The notes beneath the pieces were generated by a model. The model did not search any database and was not told where the DNA came from. It was given only the letters and a program-made list of their open reading frames with translations. The translations under genes and the position numbers were made by a program. 64,000 nucleotides of DNA from Cetorhinus maximus (lineage: Eukaryota), in the NCBI RefSeq assembly GCF_964194155.1, contig NC_135916.1, positions 1,798,001 through 1,862,000 on the forward strand, written 5' to 3'. This document shows positions 38,627-55,119 of the stretch, piece by piece. Position 1 is the stretch's first letter; every line of letters starts with the position of its first letter.

Positions 38627-39379
38627 TCAGTCAAATCGCTGCTGAATGAGAGGGGAGCTGCTTCACGTTCCGCTTTTATACAGCCCGCCCCGACCTGACT
38701 GAGGAAGGGAGAGAGAGAGAGAGGCGGGGCGGGAGAGACTGAGTGACAGACACAACTAACGTCTTTGGTAAACCAGCTCCTCCTCCTGCCTGCCAGAAAC
38801 AGAATTGTATTTGTCAAATTCTAAAGGGAAGTGAACAGACGCTTTGAACAGAACTTACACACTTGAATATCATGAAGCAGCTAATTAGCAACTCGAATCT
38901 ATTAAACATCGTCTTGTCCGTATCATTTCCGCCTCAATACTGAACTTTCTATCCGAGTCAAATTCTGCTTCGATTTCAACCCCAGCTCCAATTCCATCCC
39001 CACCCACAACTCCCCTCCCAGGGTGATTGGGAATTTTGCCAACATCTCCCAACCGAATGAGAGAAAATAATGGGTTTGGGTGTCAGCTGTGAGGAGTTTC
39101 CTTTAAACCTGGTTTCTCTATTGCAGACTCCCACCCTGAATATTTGAATAAAGAAAGGAAGATAAACATTAACTGCTCTCGGACACACCCCGGATACTAA
39201 TCGGAAAGGATATCGATGTGTGTTATTGCAGGAATGAGAGTCGGAGTTGGGGGAGGGAGTGGAAGTGCGGCTGAAGCGCATTTCAGTGATTCAGCGGGAA
39301 TACTGGATTTACAGGAAAATAAAACATTTCCACCTGAAATCAGCTCACGGCGCGGAGACAGGGATCAAATGATCAGGGG

Positions 39380-39422
39380 ATCAGCTCTTTCATGTGAAAT
39401 GTGGGTGGCTCTGAAAAGAGCC
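39380..39422 (-). terminator. Histone mRNA 3' stem-loop and HDE (H1)
   Basis: GGCTCTTTTCAGAGCC-ACCCA then GAAAGAGCTG; equivalents at 12282 and 55316. Confidence 0.93.
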
Positions 39423-39479
39423 TTTGGGTTCAGAGGTTTACAATTTGCTCGGGATCTTTCCCTTCTTTTCTGTCTTTGC

Positions 39480-40136
39480 TTATCTCGTTTTGGGCTTGGC
39501 CCTCGATATCGCCACTTTTTTGACGCCCGTCACCTTCTTGGCCGGAGACTTTTTCTTGGGAGCTGCTTTCTTCACCGGCTTTTTTGGAGTTGCCGCCTTC
39601 TTGGCTGTTTTCTTGGCCGCTGCTTTCTTCGCTGGGGATTTCTTGGCCGCTGCTTTCTTGACTGGAGTCTTCTTGGCCGTTGCTTTCTTGACTGGAGTCT
39701 TATTGGCCGCTGCTTTCTTTGCTGTCACCTTCTTGGCTGCCGCTTTCTTCACTGGAGATTTCTTGCCAGCTGCTGCCTTCGCCTTCTTTCCCACTTTCCC
39801 CGGGGTTGTGTTCTTAGGGACTTTGAAGGAGCCCGAGGCGCCCGTGCCCTTGACCTGAACCAGGAAGCCATTCTTCACATTCCTCTTGATGCTTTGCTTG
39901 ATCTGGGAGCCGAGTTTCTCCACATCCAGCCCTTTGCCGCGCAGCGCCTTCTTGATCGCGGGCAGCGACATCCCCTTGCGATCGCTGCAATCCGCCACAA
40001 CCTTGAGGATCTGCTCGCCCAGCTTGGGACCGGCTGCACTGCTCCGGGGAGCCGCCTTCTTCTTCTTCTTGGGAGTCTTGACCTGGGCGGCGGGAGCGGC
40101 TGGAGGAGCCGTTTCGGCGGCTGCAGTATCGGTCAT
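39480..40136 (-). CDS. H1: Linker histone H1
   Basis: 218 aa paralog; stem-loop at 39407-39422. Confidence 0.96.
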   Translation of the reverse strand: MTDTAAAETAPPAAPAAQVKTPKKKKKAAPRSSAAGPKLGEQILKVVADCSDRKGMSLPAIKKALRGKGLDVEKLGSQIKQSIKRNVKNGFLVQVKGTGASGSFKVPKNTTPGKVGKKAKAAAGKKSPVKKAAAKKVTAKKAAANKTPVKKATAKKTPVKKAAAKKSPAKKAAAKKTAKKAATPKKPVKKAAPKKKSPAKKVTGVKKVAISRAKPKTR

Positions 40137-42099
40137 GTTCCGGGACTCTGCACAAAAGTGTCTCTGTCAATGTGAACGGGCTGAGAAATGAAGCCGCTGG
40201 TGTCGGCACTGAGCAACTTAAAGGCAGCGAGCGGACGGGGCGGAGACAGGCTGCTGTCAGCTCCAGGCTGCTGCTGCCTCTCTGTGTTTTTCTCTCCTCA
40301 CAAACTCCCCAATTCCATTGAAATTCCGGCTCTCCAGTGTCCCAGACTAAATCCTTCTTATCTCTGACATTGTAATGTTCGCTGTCGAAAATATTTCACT
40401 CGAATTGAAGACTCCAATTTCGATTTAAATCCTATTAACTGCGGCTCCTTCACCCCATCACTGACATCTCCTCTACTTTTAGACTGAAATCTAGAAAACA
40501 ACAAATAAGTTGTCTTGAAATCTCACTTTGGCGTCAAGCTGGGGAGCAGGGGGTGTATTTCTTTGGAAAATATTTTTATTTTACCTAAGCGGCACTCGGA
40601 AATGTCCTGATCAGAACGGACACACAAACACAGTTTCATTCCTCTGACTCGCCCGCCCACTTCAAACACTCTCTTACACAATGTTCACATTTAGAGGTTC
40701 ATTGGTAACAAGATGAACAATTGTGAATGTCTCGGTAGAGATTTCCTTCTCTTTTCGATCTTTGCTCCGGTTTCTATTTATTTGCTGTCTATTGTGAATT
40801 CAGCAAACATTAAACTCTCTGAGGCATTGGACCCGCAGAGAGTCTGATTTGCAGAATCTGGGGTAGAGCCAATTATATATGATTTCAGGTAATTGTCTGA
40901 ATAGCTCACATCAAGATGTTTATTTCTGGTGACAATACAAATTATCTGCTCCCAGTCGCTCTAGATTTCCCTTTTAACGTTGGTCCTCCTGAACTGAGAA
41001 GCCACAATTTCACCAATTGCATTTAACCCCAATCTCAACGTCCAGTTATGAATGGAGGCACGTTCTGCCTCGTCACGTTACTGACAGTGACAGATTTTCT
41101 CAGAGCACATTTCGATTTTTGACTAGCGATAATCTGATGAAATATCAGACCTGAATTTCTGAGAGGAGAATGAACAGTGACAGTCCTACTCATCACATGG
41201 ATGGAGTGTGAGTGTTAGTTGACATTGTCCTATCAACAACATTAGTAACATGCACATCAACAGAATTCGAGGGTTGGGGGACAAAGAGCGGGTTCAAGTG
41301 TGTGTGTGTGATTCTGTGTGTAAGTGTGTGTGAGTGTGTGGGAGAGAGAGAGAGAGAGAGAGCAATTAGCCTCTATTTCTCTACCGTGTGACAATATAAC
41401 AATGAGTGACCCTCATACCCATCATCGAGGGAAAACAAGACACACTGTCACTATTTCAACAGAATATATACATATCACAATTCATAATTGTGTCTCAAAC
41501 ATCCGCTAGAACAAAAGGATAATATCGATCCCTTGGTACAGTTCAGGGAATGTTCATGAGCAGCTTCCTGCGATTATCTTGTTGACTGGTTAGGAAATCT
41601 TGAACACGTTGAATTTATAATCATTGGATCTTAGAAGACTGAGAGTTATCCTTATTGGAGCACCCAATATTCTGGAGCTGATCAATAAGACCGGCACTTA
41701 TAGATCCCACCAGCGGTGAGAGATGCCTGGTCTCATCTCTCACTAACATTGGACGAAAGGCAGAGACATTTCTGTCCCACAGTCCAGGAAAGTGAGAGAT
41801 GTTGAGGCAATAATAATGAAATGTAACATTCTATAAACTCTGGAACTCTCGGGAAAACTTCGACTAAAATTGTTGAATACGACAGTCAGTGACTGACATT
41901 TTCAATCTGATTATATTAACTTGAGACTTTTACGATCTGATATTAAGTTCTGAGCTATAACAGCAAACACACCTATTCGACATGAGGATTAATTTGCGGA
42001 ATCCTGGAATGATCAGCAAAGACGCCCAGTTTGGATTTAATACAGGGATGGCCCTCCCGCTCGTAACGTCTCTGCCTTTTCCCACATTGCAATTCCTAT

Positions 42100-42650
42100 G
42101 CTCAAGCCTGAGGAAATTGACTTGGGGAAGGACCAGGTGACCTGGTTTGTTCGGAGTTAGTTTCCAAAAGCACATGCGCATTGCAGCCCTGCGTTTGGAA
42201 TTTCTCGGTGACAAGACGAGCGCATGCGCGCTTCCCTTCCACCCCCAACCACTGCCCTTGACGGCCTTTTACTCACTGAGCGGAAGACCTTTGTTTCAAA
42301 CAGACGGAAATGGAAATACTGGGGCCCGGGTAAGCGAGTAAACAGCGTTCTGATTCCAGCAGCGCATCGATTTGTCAGTGTGGGCACAGAAATCATCATT
42401 GACTCGGGGTAAATTCAGGGAGAACCGGGGGCTGTTTGTAAGAGGCGGAGCGGAGCGGAAACCTGTTCCAGAACTTGGAGTGAGCGGGTGGACGGGGAGA
42501 GGCCTTTCTGGGGCTGTGTGTGGCCCTGCTGAGGGAGACAGAACCTGAGCAAGCTGCAATTGAAAACTATTATTTTCTTTTTCTCTCCTCAACCTTGTAA
42601 TGCATATTCCAAGTTTAGCTGCTGATTCACACAACTTGTTGGCTTTTGGA
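42100..42650 (+). promoter_or_regulatory. Module X copy 3 (type a)
   Basis: GCACATGCGC (42170), GCGCATGCGC (42220), conserved core. Confidence 0.6.
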
Positions 42651-43336
42651 CAGTGAATCGTGGAAACAGGCAGAGAGTAAGGAGTGGAGCAGTAATGTTA
42701 ACGACACGTGTTGCAGGCACCAGCTGTTCAGCTGAGGCGTCTCAAAGAAACATTGTACCTTCCACAGTTAGATTCAGTTGGCGGTTCTTACAAAGGGAGC
42801 TGGAAATAGAAATCTGTCCTGCACCAATATCTCTGGGCCCGCGTAGTGACACCCTTGGAGCCGTACAGATGCGGGTTGTTTCTGAATGTCTCTCAATAGT
42901 TAGAAGTGGAATCAGACACTGTAGTTTTTTCGTTGTCCGCCATGATATGTACAGTGTTTTTGATATTGATTATCAGTTGAAATATTACATTGATCTATTG
43001 CCTTTTCCTGACCTCAGCTGATTTTGAGTTACTGGAGATATCTTTCTTCCTCTCTGGCAGGTTAATGAAGGGGTCAGTTTCAAGCTCAAGTTCCACCAGC
43101 CAACATAGAGGTGCAGCTATCTCCTTCTAACTGGCAGCAGGTACGATCCTGGTCCAAGAGTACACAGATACAGACAGAACATCACTGTGACCATCACCCA
43201 GAGCAGAAATAGTCAGACTCGAATTGAACTCAAACCCTGATGCACATGATCAATCCAGTAGGCTAACACACAGGGGAGACTGAATTATAATCCCCACAAA
43301 ACACTACTACTCGGTACTGCTGAATGGTAGACCCAC

Positions 43337-43829
43337 TGTAAGAGGTAAGCAGCGATTTCTATGTTTTTAGTGAAACCAAAGGTCAGCAAAATTCTCCAGT
43401 GAAACCTTGTAAACCATAAGGGCCGGTATCAGCAGCTCTCTCTAGGAAGACCTTCGGGATCATAAGGGATTAACTGGTTAGGAGATAGAAGGGGGATGAA
43501 GATAAACACATCAGTGTGATGACAAAAAGTATCAGGGATAGAGCCAGGCTAGAACGAGATGAAGAGGCCCTGCTTGCGAAAGCAAAGGTATGTTCCTCGG
43601 GCTGGTGACATCTGATTGTCATGTCATTATGTACTGCCAAGATTGGAATTAGAATAGTGTAATGTGTACGTGAACGGTTTAGTGTTTAAAAAAGAATGTT
43701 ATCCTGCAATCAGTAGAGTTCTGTTTATAGACAATCAAAGGGATCAGATCCTCCCTCTGTCCCCTTTAATAAACAGTCCTAAACCTGTATCTGTGTCACT
43801 GTGGTCGATTCTTAGAAGAAAGTACAACA
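43337..43829 (+). mobile_element. Solo LTR (segmental duplicate of 1082-1575)
   Basis: Same ends, CCAC TSD and flanks. Confidence 0.82.
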
Positions 43830-46800
43830 CCACCAATTTCAGTCCAAAATCGCAACCATTATCAGATTGAAGGGCAGTCCATTCAGGTCACAAGAGTAGA
43901 TCATTAGCTACAACTTAAATATCAGACAATTAATGTTTGCAGAATTATTCATGAATACATGCAAAGTTCTCGCAAAGCAACAAGTTAAATTCCATTCCAA
44001 AAATCTTATTCAATATCAGAAATAAAGATAGAGTATATTTTTGTTAATGGAGGCGTGCATAGACATGCCAGAGGAATATTGTCATAAATACTCACTTCCA
44101 CAGATCACTACAAATAAAAAATGGTTAAAACTTAACTCACAAAGCAGATATTGAAAAGTACAGAGAATAATATAAAACCACTCTCGGAGCAGAATCTGCC
44201 AAAACAGAACTATCCCGGATTCCCATAACAGAGACAAACAATTACATTGTAAAACCACAGGCACATACCAGGGACATAGAGATGCAGAAACAAATCAAAT
44301 TTTCTATAAGTCTTTTCAAAACAGGAGAAGCATGGCTACACACATCGCTGATCTTGATGGCTACTGTAAAAACACACATGAATATGAATTAAAAATTTTA
44401 AGTTGCTGATCAAAACAAATCACCCCGTTCCATAAACCGAGAGGGACATGGAAAATAGGTTCATGCTTTCATACTAAATGGAAAACTGAAATGTGGCCAT
44501 CATTCATAAATATTTTTGTTTGACAGGATCGACAATGACACAGACACACACATAAATGAGAGTCACAGAGTAAAATGCACTTGGAGATTCTGACAGAATA
44601 AATGTGAAACGTAATTATCAGACTCTGTCAGTTGCAGAGTGATATTTACCAGCTGGGAATTAACACAGACAGGGGGAAGGCAAAAAACACTAACAATGCT
44701 GGAAATATTCAGCAGGGAAGGCAACAACTGTTGAGAAAGATTGAGAGTGATCATTGCAGGCAAATGACCTTCCATCACATCAGGAATTTCAGATAACGGG
44801 CAGTTCAGCTTTTTCTCCACAGATGTGGACAATCCTGGTCAGTATTCCCAGCAATTTTCTTCCCTTTTTTTGAGGTTTCCAACATCCAGCTGAGAATATT
44901 TTGGCTTTGCTTAGTTGCAGTTGATAAACATTCCTTCATGCTAAAATCTGACATGTACAAAGGAAATCCCATATTCAGACACAAAAAATCAACAGATTCT
45001 CAGCAAAACTATTGTTCAGTTCTTCAAAAATTGACACAAGCAGAATGGAACATATCACTTGTAAACCAGAGATTTTGAGCAACGAAAATAAAACAAGGAA
45101 CCGAATCAAATAGGTACAGATTAAAATCCTCATTCATACAACACATTCACTGTAAATGCAGAGTCTCAGAAACTACATGTTCACTTTAACAAAGTAAAAG
45201 ACATGCTCACAACAAAAACTGAAAATGAGTGGGTAGATTGAATACCACACTCTCATATCTGAAAAGGTCAGCTACTGATAAAATGCAAACTTACATACAC
45301 CAAACCTCACAGTTACTGCTTACACGCCAAGTCTGTCATAAATGATAAGATAAGAATTGGACATGTACAGAATGAATCCATGCCATCATGCCAGATAATT
45401 ATGAGTACCAATCAACATGCATATTTCTATACTGAACAATGACAAATAAAAAGATAAGTCCATAAACACATTAGAGAGACAGAATGAGCGTAAACACAAA
45501 AACACACCGTGAACACACACACACACACATCTTCAGACGTGCTCTCTCTCTGTCTCTCACACACACACAAACACAGATAAAAGCAGGCATGCACAGACAC
45601 ATCATCAATCGCACAATGACAATTCTGTAATACTCAGAGATTTTGAATAAGTCTTACATTTGCTTCTAAGACACTAATAGATAAAGAATGTAGGCTATAC
45701 TCATAGGAAATGTACTGAGAATAGTACGAGATAATCATAGTTACATTGTCAGGCTCAGTGAAGTAATCTCAAACACAAGTTCAGACATTCAAAAGTGTGA
45801 ACTGCAGTGTAAAATTCACATTTGCATTCCAGACACGTACCTAAAACTGTCAATTGCAATTATGACCCATGCTCACAATGCAGTTATTGACAGATACAAA
45901 ATAGTACTCACATTCACATGCCACAAACTAATGGAGAGAGTGAGGAAAAAATGCTCAATAGCAAGTAAGGAAGTGCTAGAAAGTAAAACAACTGGACATT
46001 CACATGGACATTCTAACACCAGCAATCACTTACCAGAACCTGACAGGTACTGAGTCGCAGTCACATTAAGAATCCCAGAAACTGATAAATACAGCAGCAG
46101 ATTAAGAAACGGAATTCATACTCACATATGTGAAAGCACACCCGACAGTTTAAAACTCACACTCATAAAAAAAAACTGGCAGATGGAGACGGAAACACAG
46201 CCTTAGAGGACAACAAACCTGGCATTTAAATATTTATGAGAAAAATCAGACAAAACTAAATTCGACATTTACATTGTAATGAGACTTAAAAATTAACAGT
46301 TACAAAGCTTTCACCTTTGCATCTCAGAAAACAATAGATACAGAATAAACTACTTAAATGCATCCCAGTGATTGTCAATGCAATCAGAGGAGTGGTCCAG
46401 CAAAGAAGGATATCACTGTTCAAATAAAAATGGCAAAATACTATTTTCATCCATGTGTTCCAAAAGTGAAACTCACCTTCATATTTCTACATGGAAAAAT
46501 TAATGAAATAATAGTACAGGCCTCCAAATTAATAAATCAATCTGCAGTCGAAATATCAGGAATGAATAATGGTTGAAAGGTACAACATGAAAAGAGACAA
46601 ACAAATCTTAGCTCACAAGCTGTGCTATGGTTATTCCTGGTGCATGATGATGTTAGTGACAAAGGTCGATAATAGTGACAACTTCAAAAGTCACAAAATG
46701 ACCAAGGTTAAAAAGTGAGCCAACTGCAACACAAGGTAGGTACAGCATCTTTCACTGAGAGCAGAGAAACTTCCAGGTCATTATGTCCACAGTCACAACC

Positions 46801-49800
46801 AATTAATTGTTCATTCCCATACTGTTTCAAAGGGAAGAGACAACTTTTCAATGCAAGATACAAACTGAGCAGTCTGATTTTTTTGCTGTTGCTTGTTTTT
46901 ATTTCCATGTAACCTAGATGAGAGGAGCATACATCAATCAAAATGTTCACAGAAAACACACCAAATATCAGATTTAATTATATTGTGTTGCGTTGGTCAG
47001 AAATTAATTAATTATTCTGAGCATCATTAGGCAAGAAATAACTGATTGGAAGGGACTGAATAAATTGCAGCACAGCCCCTTAGAATTTAGACATATCTAT
47101 ATATTTCACACCAAAAATGCTGGCATCAGTATAGATTCAACAGCAATCCCTTTATACAAAATGCACAAATTACATATGAGGCTGTGTATCTGATTAAAGG
47201 AGCTGTAATATTCACAATTGTTTTCACAGAGCTAAAAATCAAATGGCAATCCCAGGCAACTATTGAATATAACCTGTGACTACAAAACACATGAAGCCAA
47301 TGTTATAGGTTAAACCAAAGGTCAACAAATACTGCTATGTTGAGGGTTTCATAAAAATATATTCCAACACGTTACAATAAAAGTCCAGATATAGTCTTAT
47401 CTCACACTTACCTGCAACAGTGTTGAAAAACAGAAACAGATTGAACAATATACCTACTTAGATGGGCAGAATTCTCAGGTGCAAAATTACTCACACGTTC
47501 AAACACAGACCAAATACAGCTATATGAACAAAAATAAATTCAAAGCACACCAGAGAACGGCAACTACATAATTATCTCCACACACATTGCGCCAGCGGAG
47601 GAAAAATCCATGATGCAGATGTTAATCACCCAAATTTCCAAGTCTGAAAGCTTTATAATAAATCCCACACTCACTACACTACCTGAATCTGAATGAGGCA
47701 GAAAAGATCTCATTCAAATAGAATAGCTGAAACCATAAAAATACAGAAATAACCGCACAATCACATCGCCTATTGGAAACTGTCGTGTTCAAATTAATCC
47801 CCAAATCATGCACTGTAAAGGGCACTGAGAGATATGCAGAGAGTGACACATTCCCATACAAACCAGGTGCACAGTTCAGCTGAATGAATCACACACTCAT
47901 TGTCAGCTAGTTGGTATTAAAGACTGATTTATTACACACTCACATTCAGTTTGAGAGACTGACAATTATAGAACCATGGCCAAACTCACAGATTATACTA
48001 GATGCTGAGAAGCAATGAACTATCCCCATCTGATGCAAAGTACCAGTGAATGAAATACAGGGATAAAACCACAAACATACACTGAGAACATAACAATGAG
48101 AAAAATCCGAATGCTACAGGGCCAAATCCACAGTCAGGCAATATATCACCGATTGACACACAAGGAAAACATACTTGTAGCAGTTGACTATATGAATATC
48201 AATTTGAACTTCACATCTAGTTCCAGATATGGAGAGATTTAAATGAAATCTCACTTTTGGAGATAGCACGTTAAAATATTAAAGATAGAGTTAATTCCAC
48301 TCTTGCAAACGTCTTAGATACTGACTGATACACGGAGGGAAAAATATATACATTCACATATAATACAAGATCCTGGAGGTTACAAAATGAATGCAAATCA
48401 ATCACATGTTCACCACCCTCTGAGTGAAGAACGTTCTGCTCAACACAGCCCAAAATGGACGACAATGGATCCTGAGATTGTGAATACATGTGCTAGGCCT
48501 CTCAGCCAGAGGAAACATCATCCCTGCACCCAGCCTGACCAGCGCTGTCACTATTTCATATGTTTCAAATACATCCCCTCTCATTCTACAATCACTGTGT
48601 GTATACAGTCCGAATCGGCCCATTCCCCCCTCATGTGACAACCCTGCCAGCCCATGAATCAGCCTGGTGATCATGTGCTGCACACTGGTCTCTTCATATA
48701 TCAACATTTCCCAACGTATCTCTATGTAGATAATACTCTGCCATTCTGTTTTTCGTACCCAAGTGGATGAATTCACATCTAGCCACTTTATATTCCATCT
48801 GCCATGTTTTTTCCCACTCACTCAAATTATCTAAATCTCCTTGGGCACTCTTAACTTCCTCCTCATCTCTCACATTCCCTCAAAGCTTTGTGTCATCAGC
48901 AACCTTGGAAATATTACCTTTGCTTCCTTCATCACAATCATTCTTGTCTATTCTGAATACTGGGACCCAAGCACTGATCCCTGTGGCACACCACTTGTCA
49001 ACTTCTGCCATTCTCAAAAAGACTGATTTATTCCTGCTCTCTTTATCCTGTTACTAATCCTTTCACTGTACATGCCAATCCAAACCGCCATCCCATGCAC
49101 TTCAGTTTGGTACACAAACCAGTTAAGTGGCCATTTAACAAAAGCTTTCTGAAAATCTAAATAGACCACATCATCTGGTTTTCCCCTATCTACTTTGCAA
49201 TTTAATTCCCAAAAAAAGCTACAATAGGTTTGTCAAACATGATTTTCCTTTCATAAATGCATGCAATCTTTGTCCAATATATTTGACATTTTCTAAGTCT
49301 CTTATTATCACATAGTTGACTCTAGTATTAAGTCTACCACTGAGGGTAGACTAATCAGTCTGTAATTCCCTGTTTTTTACCCTGCTTTATTTTTTTTGGA
49401 AAAATATACATTTCAGATTAAAGTTCACATTTTATCTATCATGAACAGACAGATATTCCATGCACCCATAGCAGGGTTTAACAGATAATGTGGGGATTAA
49501 AAGGAGAATAGAAGCATAATCTTATGTTGGTAGCATTAGATGTCGAATGAAATATAAAATTTTCTCCAGGGATTGACATGCACCAGATAAAATCCAAACT
49601 GACTTAAATCTGAATGTTACAGAGACAAAAACAAAAACAGAAACATATATCGGTGATTTCAATTTCAAAAGAAAAGCTTAATATTATTGACCATAGATTG
49701 TCCGTGAGTGAAAACTACATTTAAGTAACGGATAATGAAGATTAGGCTTAATCCCAGAATCACGGAGCCTGCAGAGGATTTTCGTTTTTATTGTTGGTTT

Positions 49801-50475
49801 GGAATACAACGTATGTTTGCTGCTTCAGAATAGACCCTGCCTTGTTGCATAAATGTAATCAAGCAGAGTCTATCTTTGATCCCTCAAAGATGCTATCCCT
49901 CCCCAGCATTATAAAAGTTGATTTGATCAATTCATTCCGTATCAGCCCTGGCGGTGTAGGATGCCTCAGTTTCAATACTGGCAGATTTAAGCCAAAAAAT
50001 GTGCACTCCGCTTTTGACACTCACGAACTTGTATAAAACAACAGTTTTGAATCTGGAAAATTGGATCCTTTATTGTCCTCTTGTCCACAGGCAAAACCAG
50101 AAACTGACAGTTTCGGGTAAACTGTTATCGAGGAAAAGAGAGCGAGAAACCTTCTAACATTCTGTAAGAGAACTGCTTTAATGTTAAGCATTAGAACGAT
50201 TTGTAAAGGAATTATCCTTTGTTTAGCTAAGACGATTTCTGTGCGATATTTCCTTTGATTAAATTTTTGTCTGTCTTTTCCAATTTGAAATATATAACCG
50301 TTTGTTTAACTGATGATTTGGCGTCCTTAACTTCCGACTTCATACGTTGCTTGCCCGCATTGGTGAGTCAGGCAGAAATCTGATTGGTAACATGAAGAAT
50401 ATTATGAGCTAAAATATAATTGACCAATCAGCTCTGAGCGCACCACCATTCCTCCTGAGGGTATAAGAGAACTGA

Positions 50476-50919
<444 letters not shown>

Positions 50920-51430
50920 AGCGACCATTCTTTAAACTGAGAACCCAAAGGCTCTTTTCAGAGCCACTCACTTGATCAGTGAAAGGGGCGACCTGTTGTC
51001 TATCCGGATGCGCGATAACATCCCTATCGATTCGGAATGACATTATATTTCTAATGCGATCTGTGAAAGCGCTGGTTACAACGAGACGCTGGTGCTGTTG
51101 CCTGTACCAGACACCAGGAGTCTGTGCTGCATCTATATATGATCAATTGACAATGTTCAGGAAAACGTTCTTTGAATAATTAACTCATCCCATTTCCAAT
51201 TAAATGATGTAAAATTACAAACAAATATAAACGGAATCACCTCATATCCCCAAATGCATCAGAGGGAGGGAAACGGGTAAACAGAAGGAAAGAAAATAAA
51301 TTGTAGGTTTGAGGGTTTTAGGTGCTGGAGTTTTTAACAAGAGATCGCAGCTCTTTCTCTGACCGACTTGGTGGCTCTTAAAAGAGCCTTTGTGGTTCTC
51401 GGTGTAAGTCTAGAGTCGGGTAGGGTCAGT

Positions 51431-51898
<468 letters not shown>

Positions 51899-53174
51899 CT
51901 ATTTAAGACATGTCCGTCACCTCCCTCCTGTCCTGATTGGATGCAGTGCAATCCCGCCGAGAAATTTGAAAAGAGCAGCGGGCTGCATGGATTCCTGTGC
52001 CCTGATTGGTGGAGCAGAAACTGACAGTTCATCAATTTCAAAATGCCCGCCAATTTCAAAGGGAAGAGTAACTGACATTAAAATAAACCTAGTTTGAAGG
52101 CAGATAAAATCAATCTGAATGGACAAATATCACAAGGTCTCAATGTTTGCGAGCCCCATTTCGGTCCCAGCTTAGACTTCCGTCTTTTGAACGTGGATTA
52201 AATTCTCATTCATTCCCTGATCGGTTTACAGCAGGCTGGAATAAAACTCCTATTGATGGGCGGAATTTTGGGTCTCACATATAAAACTGATCAACCTTAT
52301 CGGTTTATTCATGTCAAAGCCCTATAGATGTTATAAAGAGAATGGCTTGGCTCTTGTTTCTAGTGTTTTATGGCTGGGGGAGGCGATGTGGGTGGGCGGA
52401 TTGCGCACCCTTTCTGTAAATCAAGTTAATATCTAAGTTTACATATTTGAACTATCTTCCACAATGTGCGTAAATGCATCTCACAGTCCAAACCATGCAG
52501 CAAAATCAGAGTTTCCACTTCACCCTTCAGTCCGTCCTGGGTTGCAGAATCGAGGTGATTAATTGTAGTCAGATTTTTCTATCAGCCTCTCAATATTCGC
52601 CTTACATTCCCGCTTAAATTTGGGTTATTTCATTGATCGCCCTGATACAGGCCAGAATAAAGTTGTTCAGTGCTCCCAGGAACCAGACAACATGCTGCAT
52701 CGATACAGGCTGATCCATATAAAGCTGGTATACTGGTACCTCCCAGACCCTGTCATGTCTCAACGACCCAGGAACAGATGGCGAAGAAAAAAGACAGGGT
52801 GATAATGGGGCGATGAAGCGAGAATGATGGGTCTCAAAATAGTTACTCCTGATTAAAGTGTAATAAATGATGGCCTTTATCTTGTGAACTCAGTGTTAGT
52901 TTGGGAGCTGTCGTGTTCCTCAGTCAAGCTTTGAATCGAGATTCGGCAAGTATAAAGGAAGCGAATTCCTGAAAACCGAACTAAATTAAACCTTGAAACT
53001 TGTGTGACTCACGATCATATTGTTAATGGAAAATGCGCAGATGGAAAGGCTGTGTTTATATAAAACTACATCTCGCTTTCCCTCTCCCGCTCTGAGGTCA
53101 GTGCTCTCAATGTGAGGTTGTGGGCGGCTCTTAGAAGAGCCTTTGGGTTTTGTTATAGAGTCGGGTCGATTTGT

Positions 53175-53495
<321 letters not shown>

Positions 53496-54129
53496 TCAGT
53501 CAAATCGCTGCTGAATGAGTGGGGAGCGGCTTCACGTTCCGCTTTTATACAGCCCGCCCCGACCTGACTGAGGAAGGGAGAGAGAGAGAGAGAGAGAGAG
53601 AGTGTGTGTGTGTGTGTGAGAGAGAGGCGGGGCGAGACAGCCTGAGTGACAGTCAGAACAAGGTCTTTGGTAAATCAGCTCCTCCTCCTGCCTGCCCGAA
53701 ATACATTTATTTCTCAAATTCTGAAGAGAGCTGACCAAAAAGCTTTAAAGGTAAAATAAATACTTCAACATCACAAACCAGCTATTCTGAAAATCGTAGG
53801 TATTAAATCCAATCCTCTCAGTAATATCCCCCCCTCGATACTGCAATTCTATTAAGTGTCAAACATCTGCATCTATTTCAATCCCTCTCCTATTCTATAC
53901 CAACACAACTCTAGACTCGCCCACGACCCCTCCCCTCCACAATGAAATAAAGGGATTGAGAAATTCGCTAACATCTCTTCCAACAGAATTAGAGAAACAA
54001 CAGGTATGGGCCTTAGTTATGAGGCGGAATTTTGAGCGATGCTCACTCCATTGCAGACTCTCACCCTGAAAATGTGAATAAAGAAAAGATAAACATTGAA
54101 TGCACTAGGACACATCCCGCTTAGGGAGC

Positions 54130-55119
54130 GTGACCCCCTGGCCCACTCCTCCATCACCCCCTACTCCTCAACCCCCACCTACGGCACCTACCATTGCAAA
54201 CGCAAAAGGTGCAACACCTGCCCCTTCACTTCCTCTCTCCTCTCCGTCCAAGGGCCCAAACACTCCTTTCAAGTGAAGCAGCATTTCACTTGCATTTCCC
54301 CTAACTCAGTCTACTGCATTCGTTGCTCCCAATGCGATCTCCTCTACATTGGAGAGACCAAACGCAGACTGGGCGACCGCTTTGCAGAACACCTTTCGTC
54401 TATCCGCAAGAATTATCCAGACCTCCCTGTCGCTTGCTATTTCAACACTCCACCCTGCTCTCATGCCCACATGTCTGTCCTTGGCTTGCTGCATTGTTCC
54501 AGTGAAGCCCAACGCAAACTGGAGGAACAGCACCTCATCTTCCGACTAGGCGCTTTACAGCCTTCCAGACTGAATATTGAGTTCAACAACTTTAGATCTT
54601 GAACTCCCTCCTCCATTCCCAACCCCTTTCCGTTTCTTCCTCCTCCCTTTTGTTTTTTCCAATAATTTATATAATTTTTCTTTTCCCACCTATTTCCATT
54701 AATTTTAAATGTATTCCACCCATGGTTTATTTCACCCCTCCCCCACTAGAGCTACCTTGCGTGTCCTGCGCTCCAATTTTAATTAGCACATCCTTTTAGA
54801 TAATATCATCACCTTCGACACCTCTTTGACCCTTTGTCTATGACATCTTTTCGTTATCTCCTCCTAACACTGTTTGCTTGTCCCAAACAACCGCGCCCCC
54901 TTAAACCAGCTTATATTTCACCCCTTTCCTATTTTTCCTTAGTTCTGTTGAAGAGTCATGAGGACTCGAAACGTCAACTGTGTTCCTCTCAGCAGATGCT
55001 GCCAGACCTGCTGAGTTTTTCCAGGTATTTCTGTTTTTGTTTTGGATTTCCCGCATCTGCAGTTTTTTAGTTATTTTTGTCTTTTTAATTTTTGTTTTTA
55101 TTTTTGTTTTCATCACTGG
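54130..55119 (+). mobile_element. Penelope-like element 3' fragment (GIY-YIG domain + pLTR)
   Basis: VYCIRCSQCDLLYIGET...NIEFNNFRS; TSD TTAGGGAGC; empty site at ~12086 and ~34523. Confidence 0.92.
54941..54979 (+). ncRNA. Minimal hammerhead ribozyme motif
   Basis: AGUU-CUGUUGA-A-GAGUC/GACUC-GAAAC-GUC-AACU. Confidence 0.7.
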